A stretch of DNA of 56,622 nt from an uncultured Acidimicrobiaceae bacterium (GTDB taxonomy: Bacteria; Actinomycetota; Acidimicrobiia; Spongiisociales; UBA5794): NCBI GenBank assembly GCA_964581295.1, contig CAZONX010000002.1, positions 8,788 to 65,409 on the forward strand, in the 5' to 3' direction. The notes under the pieces are model-generated. The model was not told the origin of the DNA and made no database searches. It saw nothing but the letters and a program-made list of their open reading frames with translations. Position numbers and translations under genes: made by a program. Positions 37,299-47,913 of this stretch are shown one piece after another; position 1 is the stretch's first letter, and every line of letters starts with the position of its first letter.

Positions 37299-37933
37299 GC
37301 ACAGCCCCCGACATCCACGCCATCAAGGCGGGCCTCATCGCCTCCTACGATGCGAGCGCCGATGCCCGCGACGGACGCGGCGAGCCCGCGTGGCGCGATC
37401 GCTACCGCGACGCATTCGCGTCGAACCTGCGCCGAGAAGGAAAGACGCGCATTCTCGAAATTGGCGCCGGGTCGGGCCACAGTTCGGCGTTCTTCGTGGC
37501 GGAGGGATTCGACGTCGTGGCGGTGGACCTCTCTCCGCTCAACATTGAACGTTGCCGCGCCAAAGGGGTCGATGCCCTCGTGGCAGATTTCGTCGACCTC
37601 CCGTTTCCAGATGCCGCGTTCGACGGTATCTGGTCGATGAGTTGCCTCATGCACTCCCCCGACGAGGAGCTACCGCAGGTGCTCGCCGAGATGTCCCGAG
37701 TGCTCGCCGCCGGTGGGATTTCGACGATCGGCATATGGGGAGGAGACGGAACGGCAGGCATGCTCGACGACGGCGTTCACGATCCGCCTCGGTTCTTCGC
37801 CCTGCGGACCGACGCACAAGTGCAGGATGTGTTTGGCGAGGTCTTCTCGATCGAGGGCTTCGACGTGCGCCCCGGTGGCCCCGAAGATGCCGACAACGAG
37901 CACTATCAGATCGTGACCATGAGCAAACCATGA
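37295..37933 (+). CDS. Class I SAM-dependent methyltransferase
   Basis: Motif I ILEIGAGSGHSSAFF. GTGA overlap with the upp stop. Confidence 0.8.
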   Translation: MSTAPDIHAIKAGLIASYDASADARDGRGEPAWRDRYRDAFASNLRREGKTRILEIGAGSGHSSAFFVAEGFDVVAVDLSPLNIERCRAKGVDALVADFVDLPFPDAAFDGIWSMSCLMHSPDEELPQVLAEMSRVLAAGGISTIGIWGGDGTAGMLDDGVHDPPRFFALRTDAQVQDVFGEVFSIEGFDVRPGGPEDADNEHYQIVTMSKP

Positions 37934-38226
37934 AGGACTTCAGCGACGAGGTATCGGCCCTCTTGCTCCATCTCGAGCCGGGCGATGTCGTCTCGTATGG
38001 CGAGGTGGCAGAGGAAGCCGGCTTTCCCGGTGCCGCCAGGGCCGTCGGCAACCTCGTGCGCACTACGCCCGGTCTCCCGTGGTGGCGGGTCGTTGCCAGA
38101 TCGGGACGCCTCGCCCCGGGGCACGAGGCACGCCAGGCCGAGCTCCTGCGAGGAGAAGGCGTCACCGTCGTCGATGGCCGAGTCAAGATGAGTATCGTCA
38201 CACGACCGAAATTGGAGGACACATGA
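37930..38226 (+). CDS. Alkyltransferase-like (ATL) protein, MGMT DNA-binding domain without acceptor Cys
   Basis: VSYGEVAEEAGFPGAARAVGNLV ... LPWWRVV stands where MGMT has PCHRV. ATGA overlaps at both ends. Confidence 0.75.
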   Translation: MKDFSDEVSALLLHLEPGDVVSYGEVAEEAGFPGAARAVGNLVRTTPGLPWWRVVARSGRLAPGHEARQAELLRGEGVTVVDGRVKMSIVTRPKLEDT

Positions 38227-39529
38227 GCCACAGCATGACCGAGCTGATCGGGAAGAAGCGGGACGGCGGATCGCTCACCGCTGCCGAGCTCGAGTGGATC
38301 ATCGCCGAGTACACGGCCGATGTGATCCCCGACTATCAGCTCTCCGCGTTCTTGATGGCCGTCATCTTCCGTGGCATGAGCACCGAGGAGCTCTCCGCCT
38401 GGACCGACGCCATGCTGCATTCCGGCGACGTACTCGATCTGTCGTCGATCGCAATGCCCAAGATCGACAAGCACTCCACCGGTGGCGTTGGCGACAAGAT
38501 CAGCATTCCGCTCGCCCCGCTCGTTACCGCGTGCGGTGTCGCTATACCCATGATGTCGGGACGGGGCCTCGGCCACACCGGAGGCACGCTCGACAAGCTT
38601 GATACGATCCCCGGCTTCAAGTCCCGCCTCGACCCCGATGTATTCGCCCGCCAGCTCGACGAGTTGGGCCTCGTTCTCGCCGGGCAGTCCGAGACCCTGG
38701 TTCCCGCCGATCGTCGCATCTATGCGCTGCGTGACGCGAGCGGGACGGTGCCCGCCGTCCCGCTGATCGCTTCATCAATCATGTCGAAGAAGCTCGCCGA
38801 AGATCTCGATGGTCTCGTGCTCGACGTCAAGATCGGCTCCGGCGCCTTCATGAAGGATGTCGCTTCGGGAACGACGCTCGCCGAAACGATGGTCAAGCTC
38901 GGTCGGTCTCACAACACGCCGGTCGTTGGCTTCCTCACCGATATGGACCAGCCGCTCGGAACCGAAGTCGGCAACGCGAACGAAATGGTCGAGTCGATTG
39001 CGATCCTTCGCGGCGAAGGGCCAGAGGACACCACCGAACTCACCATGGTGCTGGGAGCAGAGATGTTGGTGCTCGCCGGCGTTGCAGACGACCGGGCAGC
39101 CGCTCGAGCCCAACTGGAGGCGGCGGTTGACACGGGTGCCGGGCTCGAAGTGTTCGCGAAGGTCATCGATGCCCAGGGTGGCGACCCTGCCGTCCTCGAC
39201 GACCCCACGCTGCTTCCTTCCGCCGACCACGCCCACGTGGTTGCCGCAGAACGTGACGGCTACGTTCAGCGCTGCGACGCCCTCGCCGTAGGCCGATCCG
39301 CCGTGCGCCTGGGCGCCGGCCGTCAGGCAAAGGAGGACGAGATCGACCCGGGTGTCGGAATCACCGTGCACGCGAAGGTCGGAGACGAGGTTGCGGCCGG
39401 CGACCCCCTCGCAACCGTCCGCTACAACACGGCAGACCAATTGAATGCCTGTCTGCCGGTGCTCGAGACCGCCTGGGTGATGTCAGAAGAGCCACAACCG
39501 ACCATTCCGTTGATTCTTGGAGAGGTGTC

Positions 39530-39533
<4 letters not shown>
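38223..39533 (+). CDS. deoA: Thymidine (pyrimidine-nucleoside) phosphorylase
   Basis: ELIGKKRDGGSLTAAELEWII ... DKHSTGGVGDK ... SGRGLGHTGGTLDKL. Confidence 0.93.
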
Positions 39534-40357
<824 letters not shown>

Positions 40358-40426
40358 CACGGTTTTTGAGTCAGCGCTCAAAGTTGGGTTAACATCTCGG
40401 TACCCGACGCAAGGAGCGGAACCGTC

Positions 40427-41203
40427 ATGAGAATCGCGGTCTGTGTGAAACAGATCCCAGACCCGGCGACGCCATACGAACTCTCGCCGGATACCCATCG
40501 AGTGGTCCGCCCGAACGATCAGGTCCTCGACGACACCGATCGTTTCGGCGTCGAAGTCGGACTTCAACTCGCTGAAGCAAACGAAGGTTCCGTCACCCTC
40601 TACTCGATGTCCCCGTCGGGATCGCTCCAGGGGATCCGCCAGGCTCTCGCCATGGGCGCCGACAAGGCGGTTATCGTCGATGATGCGAACCTCGCCGGAT
40701 CGGACGCGCTGACGACATCGAGAGTGCTCGCCGCAGCGATCGACCGAGAAGGTTTCGACCTGGTCATCGCCGGCACGGAATCGACCGACGGATACACCGG
40801 CGTCGTGCCACAGCAGATTGCGGAGATCCTCGACGTCCCGTCGCTCACGTTCGCCCGCAAGGTCGAAGCGGCAGACGGTGCCGTTCGTATCGAACAGCAG
40901 ACGGCCGGCGGCTACGACGTTGTCGAAGCTCCCCTACCTGCGCTGCTGTCGGTCACCTCCGGCGTTGTCGAGCCGCGGTACCCGACGTTCAAGGGAATCA
41001 TGCAGGCGAAGAAGAAACCCATCGACACGCTCACCGCCGAGGATCTCGGACTCTCGAACGAGCAGGTCGGAGACGCGGGAGCCGGCCAAACGATCACATC
41101 CGTGAGCGCCATCCCCGCCAGGGAGGCCGGCGAGATCGTCGAGGACGAAGGTGAGGGCTACCTCAAGATCGTCGCCCTCCTAGAACAGGCGAAGGTGATC
41201 TAG
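40427..41203 (+). CDS. etfB: Electron transfer flavoprotein beta subunit
   Basis: MRIAVCVKQIPD N-terminus; 258 aa; immediately followed by etfA. Confidence 0.93.
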   Translation: MRIAVCVKQIPDPATPYELSPDTHRVVRPNDQVLDDTDRFGVEVGLQLAEANEGSVTLYSMSPSGSLQGIRQALAMGADKAVIVDDANLAGSDALTTSRVLAAAIDREGFDLVIAGTESTDGYTGVVPQQIAEILDVPSLTFARKVEAADGAVRIEQQTAGGYDVVEAPLPALLSVTSGVVEPRYPTFKGIMQAKKKPIDTLTAEDLGLSNEQVGDAGAGQTITSVSAIPAREAGEIVEDEGEGYLKIVALLEQAKVI

Positions 41204-42151
41204 ATGGCGACCTGGGTATTCAGCGAGGAAGCCGAAGGACACGCATCTGCGTCCGCCCTCGAACTCGTCACCAAGGCCCGCACAAGCGGAGAAACTGCCG
41301 TATTCCACATCGGAGCAGGCAGCCAGGCCGCGATCGCCGAACTCGGAGCGCACGGAGCGACGAAGGTGTTCCACATGGCGACCGACGAGCACCTGCCGTC
41401 CGCCACAGCAGCCGCAGCGCTCGCCTCCCTCGTGGAAGAGCACGGAGTCGACCTGATCCTCTTCGGCATGGGCAACACCGACCGCGACGTCGGTGGGCGC
41501 CTCTCGGCGCGCCTCGGACGGCCGGTCCTCGGCAACGCCGTCGACGTGTCCGAAGAGCCGCCGATCAGCGTCACCAGCGAGATCCTCGGTGGAACCGAGG
41601 CCGTCGTGACGGAATTCACCGGAGGCGCTCCCGCCATCGTATTTGTCCGGTCAAAGGCGTTCACCGCCGAACCGAACGACGGCGCGGCCCCGGGGGTCGT
41701 AGCGGTTGCGGCGCCCGACGTCGGCAGGTCGGGAACGGCCGTCGTCGTCGAGTCGCACGTCGAAGAGAGCGAGGGCCCCGATCTCGAGGCCGCTGCGGTG
41801 GTCGTGGCCGGTGGGCGCGGCGTCGGGAGCGAAGAGAAGTGGAGCGTGGTCGAAGACCTCGCAACCCAACTCGACGCTGCAATCGGCGCGACTCGAGCAG
41901 TCGTCGATGCCGGATGGGTGCCGGCCCGCCTTCAGGTCGGACAGACCGGCAAGACCGTCAAGCCCGGCGTCTACATCGCCGCCGGTGTCTCGGGCGCAAT
42001 GCAGCACCTCGTGGGCATGAAAGATTCGGGAACGATCATCGCCGTCAACAAGGACGCCGAAGCCCCGATCTTCGCCGTGGCCGACCTCGGCATCGTGGGA
42101 GACCTGCACCAAGTTCTGCCAAAGCTCATCGAGGCACTCAAAGAGAAGTAG
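41204..42151 (+). CDS. etfA: Electron transfer flavoprotein alpha subunit
   Basis: C-terminal FAD-binding region [28 protein letters not shown]. The stop TAG lies inside a heptamer repeat. Confidence 0.93.
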   Translation: MATWVFSEEAEGHASASALELVTKARTSGETAVFHIGAGSQAAIAELGAHGATKVFHMATDEHLPSATAAAALASLVEEHGVDLILFGMGNTDRDVGGRLSARLGRPVLGNAVDVSEEPPISVTSEILGGTEAVVTEFTGGAPAIVFVRSKAFTAEPNDGAAPGVVAVAAPDVGRSGTAVVVESHVEESEGPDLEAAAVVVAGGRGVGSEEKWSVVEDLATQLDAAIGATRAVVDAGWVPARLQVGQTGKTVKPGVYIAAGVSGAMQHLVGMKDSGTIIAVNKDAEAPIFAVADLGIVGDLHQVLPKLIEALKEK

Positions 42152-42256
42152 CAAGTAGCAAGTAGCAAGACGAAGACAGGGTCAGCCGAAACTCCTGCTC
42201 GACGACGGGGCGATGGGCCCGGTCTTGATACTTGCTACTTGTGTCTTGCTACTTCT
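42146..42256. terminator. Heptamer-built inverted-repeat element, family A copy 2 (candidate bidirectional terminator)
   Basis: (AAGTAGC)3-AAGAC at 42146-42171 pairs with GTCTTGATACTTGCTACTTG... at 42222-42256 over a ~20-bp imperfect stem with a 50-nt spacer. It sits between convergent etfA and cdd, and both stop codons lie in the arms. Confidence 0.6.
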
Positions 42257-42650
42257 TCTCGCTCAGGTCTTCCGGCCCAAACGACCGAGGCAGAAGGTCT
42301 TCGAGGCTGTATTCGACGGGGGCTCCGGTTTGATCGGTGAGGATGACGCGGCGGACGCGGAACTCTCGCATGATCTGCCGGCAGTTGCCGCACGGCGAGC
42401 AGGCTTCCCCGTCGAGACAGGTCACCGCCACGGTGTCGATCTCTCGGACGCCGTTTGCCGCCGCGTTCGTGATCGCGTTCGCCTCGGCACAGATCGACGC
42501 GCCGAAGGCGGCGTTCTCCACATTGCATCCCGTGTACTCGGCACCGTCCGGTGCCACGATCACGGCTCCGACGCGGTAGCTGCTGTAGGGCGAATACGAC
42601 TGCTCAGCCGCCGCTGCGGCTTTGTCGATGAGTCTCTGCTGCTCGTTCAT
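42249..42650 (-). CDS. cdd: Cytidine deaminase
   Basis: CAEANAI and PCGNCRQ zinc motifs; 133 aa. ATGA overlap with the ftsY stop. Its own stop lies in a heptamer repeat arm. Confidence 0.93.
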   Translation of the reverse strand: MNEQQRLIDKAAAAAEQSYSPYSSYRVGAVIVAPDGAEYTGCNVENAAFGASICAEANAITNAAANGVREIDTVAVTCLDGEACSPCGNCRQIMREFRVRRVILTDQTGAPVEYSLEDLLPRSFGPEDLSEKK

Positions 42651-43654
42651 GGATCCAGAAGGGCTTCGACGAACGCCTTCGGCTCGAATGGTACGAGATC
42701 GTGCACGCCTTCGCCGACACCAATGAACTTGACGGGGATATCGAGCTCCTGCTCGACGGCGATCACGACGCCACCCTTTGCAGTGCCGTCGAGTTTGGTC
42801 AGCACGATGCCGGTCACCCCGACCGCGTCGGCGAAGCTGCGAGCCTGGCCGATGCCGTTCTGACCGGTGGTGCCGTCGAGGACGAGCAGGACTTCGCCGA
42901 TCTCCCCGGCTTCGCGTCGCAGCACACGGGCCAACTTGCCCAGCTCGTCCATGAGGTTCGATTTCGAATGGAGCCGACCCGCCGTATCGACGAGCACCAC
43001 GTCGGAGTCCGACGACGAAGCCGTCTGGTACGCGTCGTACGCGACCGATGCCGGGTCAGAACCCGGCGCGCCAGACACCACGTCAACGCCGACACGATCT
43101 GCCCACGCGCGCAGCTGCTCGTCGGCTGCGGCGCGGAAGGTGTCTGCGGCGCCGAGCACAGAGGTCTTGCCCTGCTCTCCAAGGAGCCCTGCAATCTTCG
43201 CGATCGATGTCGTCTTTCCGGTGCCGTTGACTCCCACGACGAGCACGACGGCTGGCTTACCTTCGAGGTGCAGCGTGCGGTCCCGCCCGGACATCTGATC
43301 GACGAGCGCCACTTCGAGCATCTGGCGGGCTTGTTCACCGTCGCTCGGCTTCTGGCGCCGAACTGCACTGACCACTGCGGTGCTGGTTCCGACGCCGACG
43401 TCGGCAGCGATGAGGGTCTCCTCGAGCTCGTCCCAGAACGCGTCGTCGAGCGTGTCGGAGCGCATCAGGGTGCCGAGCCGGCCTCCGATCGCCGTTCGGG
43501 TGCGCGCGAGCTGAGAGCGAAGACCCGATTCCGGCGTTGCCGCGAGTTTCGCCGGGGCGGCCGGTTCCTTCCTCGACCGGGCGATGAAGAGGATCGCGAT
43601 CGCAGCGATGGCCACGACCGCGACGGCGAGCAGAATCAACACATAGGTATCCAC
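42647..43654 (-). CDS. ftsY: SRP receptor FtsY with N-terminal TM anchor
   Basis: N-terminal hydrophobic helix and NG domain GVNGTGKTTSIAK ... DTAGRLH. Confidence 0.95.
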   Translation of the reverse strand: MDTYVLILLAVAVVAIAAIAILFIARSRKEPAAPAKLAATPESGLRSQLARTRTAIGGRLGTLMRSDTLDDAFWDELEETLIAADVGVGTSTAVVSAVRRQKPSDGEQARQMLEVALVDQMSGRDRTLHLEGKPAVVLVVGVNGTGKTTSIAKIAGLLGEQGKTSVLGAADTFRAAADEQLRAWADRVGVDVVSGAPGSDPASVAYDAYQTASSSDSDVVLVDTAGRLHSKSNLMDELGKLARVLRREAGEIGEVLLVLDGTTGQNGIGQARSFADAVGVTGIVLTKLDGTAKGGVVIAVEQELDIPVKFIGVGEGVHDLVPFEPKAFVEALLDP

Positions 43655-43680
43655 GAAGTCCTCCTTGCAGCAACGCTCGT

Positions 43681-46600
43681 CTAGACGGTCGCTCGCACCA
43701 TGCGGCGGGCGAGCACCTTCGACGACTCGCCGGGTTCCATGGTGACGCCGTACAGCATATCGGCGGCCTCCATGGTCTGTTGCTGATGGGTGATGATCAC
43801 GAGCTGGGCCGACGAACGCAGCGTGTCGACGAGACGGAGGAACCGGTGCAGGTTGGCGTCATCGAGCGCCGCTTCGACCTCGTCGAGCACGTAGAAGGGA
43901 GAGGGACGAGCACGGAATACGGCAAAGAGGAACGCCAGCGCCGCCAGGCTTCGTTCTCCACCAGAGAGAAGTGCGAGCCGGCCGACCTTCTTGCCGTGGG
44001 GTTGTGCTTCCACCTCGACACCGGACTCGAGCGGATGGTCCGGGTTGACCAGACGGAGCCGCCCGCGACCTCCGGGGAACACCTGGGAGAAGTTCTCCTG
44101 GTAGAACTCGGCGATCTCTTCGTAGGCCACCATGAACAGGCTTGCCATCTCGTCGTCAAGCGCTGTGATCACCTTGCGCAGCTCGCTGCGCGATTCGTCG
44201 AGGTCGGCGAGTTGGTCGTCGAGGAGCACTACCTCTGCGGCGAGCTCATCGTATTCGGCGGCGGCCAGCGGATTGATGGGACCCATGCGGCGGAGGTCGG
44301 CTTCGAGGCTCTCGAGGCGATTCCTCGCATCGACGTCCTCGTCAAGTTCGGGGCGGGGTGCGGCGAGAGCCTGTTCCACCGTTGCGTCCGCGTCCCGCCG
44401 CAGCCGTTCGGCGCTCGACTCGAGCCGGACGCGTGCCTCGGCGAGCTCAACGGCGAGAATCGATCGGCGTTCCTTCGCCATCGAGATCGAAGCCTCGAGT
44501 CGCTCCCGTCGTTCTTCAGCCTTGCCGAGCGAATCTGCCGTGCCGCCTACAGCGAGCCGAAGGCTCCGCTGACGGTCGCGCAACTCGACGATGTGGCGTT
44601 GGCATGTTGCCGCGACCCTGGCGGACCGAGCCTCGATATCTGCGAGGGCGTCGATACGCGAGTCGTTCTCCCCCAGCAGCTCCAACTGACCGAGGTCCAT
44701 GGCGACGCGTTCGAGCCGCCGATCGATCATCGTGCGCCGCTCAGTGATTCCGGCGAGTTCGGCCGCGGATTCTTCGCGAAGGCGGCGCGCTTCGTCGCGC
44801 CGGGTCACGATCTCCTGGCGTCGCTCGTTGAGGGCCTCCCAGGCGGCTTGGCGTGCGGCCTCTTCCCCTTCGAGGTCGGCAAGGCGGGCGCGAAGTTCAG
44901 CAATGCGCTCGGATCGAGCATCGTCCGCCTCGGACAGCGCGGCCGATCGAGCGTCGAGGCGCTCGCGTTCTGCCTCACCGGCAGCGCGGGCCCGTCCGAC
45001 TAGATCCAGTGCCTCGGTGTGCCCCGCAATTCGTGCCTCGAGGGCTTCGAGATCGTCGAGCGCCGTACGCTCCACGCGTCGGGCAGCTTCAAGCTCGCGA
45101 AGCGCGCCGGTGCGGCGACTCTCCGTTCGCGATTGTTCTCGCTCAGCAATTTCGAGCTGGACGCGCGCGGCTTCGAGTGCTGCGAATCCCGTTCCATCGG
45201 GTTGAGCCACTCGAATCCCCGACACGGTCACAACATCGCCCTCCGGGGTGACGGCGCGCAGGTGTGGGTGGCGCTCCACCACCGTCCAGGCAGTCTCCCA
45301 CCCGGCGGCAAATACAACATCGCCGAGCAGGGCTTCGGCCACCGCAGCATTGGCGCTGGGGCCGAGCACATCGACAAGGGCATCGAGGCCGAGTTCTGCT
45401 GCAGCTTCGCGAGCCGGAACCCCCGGGCGCACGGACGGGTCGACCAGGGCCACGCCACCGAGCCCCTCCGACTTCAATGCGGCAGCGAGATCGTGGATAT
45501 CGGATCGCCCGGTCGCGAGGTACGCGTCGGCCCACGGGCCGAGCGCCTGGTCGACGGCGGCCGCAACCTCAGGCGGAGCATCGAGTGACGCGGCGACAAC
45601 GCCGGTAACGCCATCGTGTCGTTCGGCCATGGAGCGAGCCGCCGGATCCCCGATGCCCGCGATCGCCGCTTCGTGCGCTTCGATGCGCGCTTCTGAGGCA
45701 GCGACAGCGATGAGCACGTCGGAGTGTTCCTGGTCGGACCGTTCCCACTTCTCGTCCGCAGCCGTGCGGCGGAGGCGAGCTTCGTCGTAGCCCCGCTGGG
45801 AAGCGGTGACCGCGGCGTCTGCCTGCTGGATCGACCGGTTCAACTCAACGGTCTCGTTGGTCTCCTCCTCGAACCGCTCGACGACGACGCTGCGTCGCGA
45901 GCAGATGCCCTCGACTTCCCGACGATCCCGTTCGGAGGAGTTCTCGAGGGCTCGGAGGTCGCCGCGGAGATTCGCAACAAGGCCTTCGGCCGGCAGTTGG
46001 ACCTGCTCAGCGATAGCCCGTTCCTCGTCTTCGAGGGCCTCGAGCGTCGCGGTGCGGCGTTCCAATTCCTCTGTGAGTCGGACTTCCGCAACCTTTGCCT
46101 CGTCAATCCCTTCGCTGAGCTCGCGCTGCTCGGTCGAAAGATCGCTTCGCCGTTCGCCGGCTCCCTCGATACGGCCTTCGATCGCGACTCGTCGCTCTCG
46201 GGCGACGAGTCCATATCGTCGGAGACGTTCGACAACCGTTTCCAGGCGGGCTGCCGCGGCGGTGTCGCGTTCGAGGGCAGCGCCCGCATCGCCGGCCGAC
46301 GCCCGCAATTGCGTGAGTTCAGCCAACAACGTGGCGTGTTCTGCTTCTTCGACGGCGAGTTGTTCGGCCCGGGCCGTGTCTTCCACAGTCGCCTCGGCCT
46401 CGTGCTCCCGCAGCTCTCGAATCGATTCGCCGCCGAGCCAGAGCCGCAGAGCCTTTGCCTCGGCCTTCACGGAGCCATGGCGCGCCGCTGCGTTGGCTTG
46501 GCGCTTCAGCGGCCGCAGGGCCCTGCGCTTCTCGGTAAGAATGTCGTTGAGGCGGTCGACGTCCTGCTCGGTCGCATCAAGGCGCCGAATCGCTCGATCT

Positions 46601-47121
46601 CGCCGGCCCCGGTGCTTGGTGATGCCCGCTGCTTCTTCGATGATCGAGCGATGCTCGTCTGGCCGTGCGGTGAGGATCGAACCGATCTGACCTTGTGAGA
46701 CCAGGACGTGCTGGTGGCGTCCAACACCGCCATCGGAGAGCAGGTCCTGGATATCGAGCAGCCGGCACGGCGTGCGGTTCATTTCGTACTCGGAGGTTCC
46801 GTCGCGATAGAGGCGCCGGGTGATCGTGATCTCGGAGAGATCGATCGGAAGGAACCCGTCGCCGTTGTCGAACGTGAGCGATACCTCGGCTCGCGAGACG
46901 GCAGGACGCGTCGCTGTTCCGGCGAACACCACGTCTTCCATCTTCTCGGTGCGTAACGAACGGGTGGCTTGGGTTCCCATGACCCACGCGACAGCATCGA
47001 GGAGGTTTGACTTGCCGGAACCGTTTGGGCCGACCACGACATTCACCCCGGCGTCGAATTCGAGCCGGGTGCGGTCGGCGAACGACTTGAAGCCGACGAG
47101 CGTAAGCTTCTTCAGCAGCAC
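43681..47121 (-). CDS. smc: Chromosome segregation protein SMC
   Basis: GTG start. Walker A GPNGSGKSNLLDA, long coiled coils with a hinge, and a C-terminal LSGGE signature with Walker B. Confidence 0.97.
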   Translation of the reverse strand: MLLKKLTLVGFKSFADRTRLEFDAGVNVVVGPNGSGKSNLLDAVAWVMGTQATRSLRTEKMEDVVFAGTATRPAVSRAEVSLTFDNGDGFLPIDLSEITITRRLYRDGTSEYEMNRTPCRLLDIQDLLSDGGVGRHQHVLVSQGQIGSILTARPDEHRSIIEEAAGITKHRGRRDRAIRRLDATEQDVDRLNDILTEKRRALRPLKRQANAAARHGSVKAEAKALRLWLGGESIRELREHEAEATVEDTARAEQLAVEEAEHATLLAELTQLRASAGDAGAALERDTAAAARLETVVERLRRYGLVARERRVAIEGRIEGAGERRSDLSTEQRELSEGIDEAKVAEVRLTEELERRTATLEALEDEERAIAEQVQLPAEGLVANLRGDLRALENSSERDRREVEGICSRRSVVVERFEEETNETVELNRSIQQADAAVTASQRGYDEARLRRTAADEKWERSDQEHSDVLIAVAASEARIEAHEAAIAGIGDPAARSMAERHDGVTGVVAASLDAPPEVAAAVDQALGPWADAYLATGRSDIHDLAAALKSEGLGGVALVDPSVRPGVPAREAAAELGLDALVDVLGPSANAAVAEALLGDVVFAAGWETAWTVVERHPHLRAVTPEGDVVTVSGIRVAQPDGTGFAALEAARVQLEIAEREQSRTESRRTGALRELEAARRVERTALDDLEALEARIAGHTEALDLVGRARAAGEAERERLDARSAALSEADDARSERIAELRARLADLEGEEAARQAAWEALNERRQEIVTRRDEARRLREESAAELAGITERRTMIDRRLERVAMDLGQLELLGENDSRIDALADIEARSARVAATCQRHIVELRDRQRSLRLAVGGTADSLGKAEERRERLEASISMAKERRSILAVELAEARVRLESSAERLRRDADATVEQALAAPRPELDEDVDARNRLESLEADLRRMGPINPLAAAEYDELAAEVVLLDDQLADLDESRSELRKVITALDDEMASLFMVAYEEIAEFYQENFSQVFPGGRGRLRLVNPDHPLESGVEVEAQPHGKKVGRLALLSGGERSLAALAFLFAVFRARPSPFYVLDEVEAALDDANLHRFLRLVDTLRSSAQLVIITHQQQTMEAADMLYGVTMEPGESSKVLARRMVRATV

Positions 47122-47157
47122 AGCGCAGGAGCATAGTGCGGTGAATTACATGAGTGT

Positions 47158-47193
47158 GACTCTGGGTCGCCAGTCGCCAGTCCGGAGTCCGGA
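47158..47193. repeat. Family B heptamer array (GTCGCCA)2(GTCCGGA)2
   Basis: Perfect tandem 7-mers at 47166-47193, preceded by GACTCTGG. Lies between the rnc stop and the smc start. Confidence 0.8.
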
Positions 47194-47205
47194 TACCTTC
47201 GAAGG

Positions 47206-47913
47206 CTAGGAGCCAGCGTTGAGGGAATCGAGGGCCTGGTGGGCTGCCGCTTGCTCGGCACGCTTCTTCGATGTTCCTTCACCGATGGCGAGCTCCTCGC
47301 CCGACCCGAGAACGGTCGCGGTGAAATGCTTCGCGTGCTGTGGGCCGGCCTCGGTGACCGTGTACTCAACCGTGCGTCCGGAGGCCACGAGCGACTCCTG
47401 GAGGCGCGTCTTGTAATCGAGTTGCCCTGGTGTGCCCGACCGGTCTCGGATTCCCGTCCCCCAATGTTCCTGAACGATCGCTTCAACGCGATCGAAGCCT
47501 GCATCGAGGAAGAGCGCAGCCAACAGTGCTTCGACGACATCGGAGAGAATCGACTGCTTCAGGCGGCCGCCGGACTGATCCTCACCTCGTCCAAGCAGCA
47601 CGAGGTCGGGTATCCCCCATGCCACGGCCACCTCGGCGAGAGCCGGTTCCGCCACCACGCTGGCACGCAGCAGCGTCATCTCGCCCTCGGTTGCTCCGGG
47701 TAGCTCCTCATAGATGAAATGTGTCACGGCGAGTTCGAGGACTGCATCGCCGAGGAACTCGAGGCGTTGGTAGTCCGCTACCCCAGGGTGCTCTGCGGCG
47801 TAGGACGGATGGGTGAGCGCTGCCGCGAGCAGGCCGCAATCAAAGAATTGGTAGTCGAGGACCTGTCGGAGGTGAGTGACGGCGGCGTCGACGTCGGGGG
47901 TCCGAGCGTTCAT
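47206..47913 (-). CDS. rnc: Ribonuclease III
   Basis: ERLEFLGDAVLEL signature plus a C-terminal dsRBD. Confidence 0.95.
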   Translation of the reverse strand: MNARTPDVDAAVTHLRQVLDYQFFDCGLLAAALTHPSYAAEHPGVADYQRLEFLGDAVLELAVTHFIYEELPGATEGEMTLLRASVVAEPALAEVAVAWGIPDLVLLGRGEDQSGGRLKQSILSDVVEALLAALFLDAGFDRVEAIVQEHWGTGIRDRSGTPGQLDYKTRLQESLVASGRTVEYTVTEAGPQHAKHFTATVLGSGEELAIGEGTSKKRAEQAAAHQALDSLNAGS

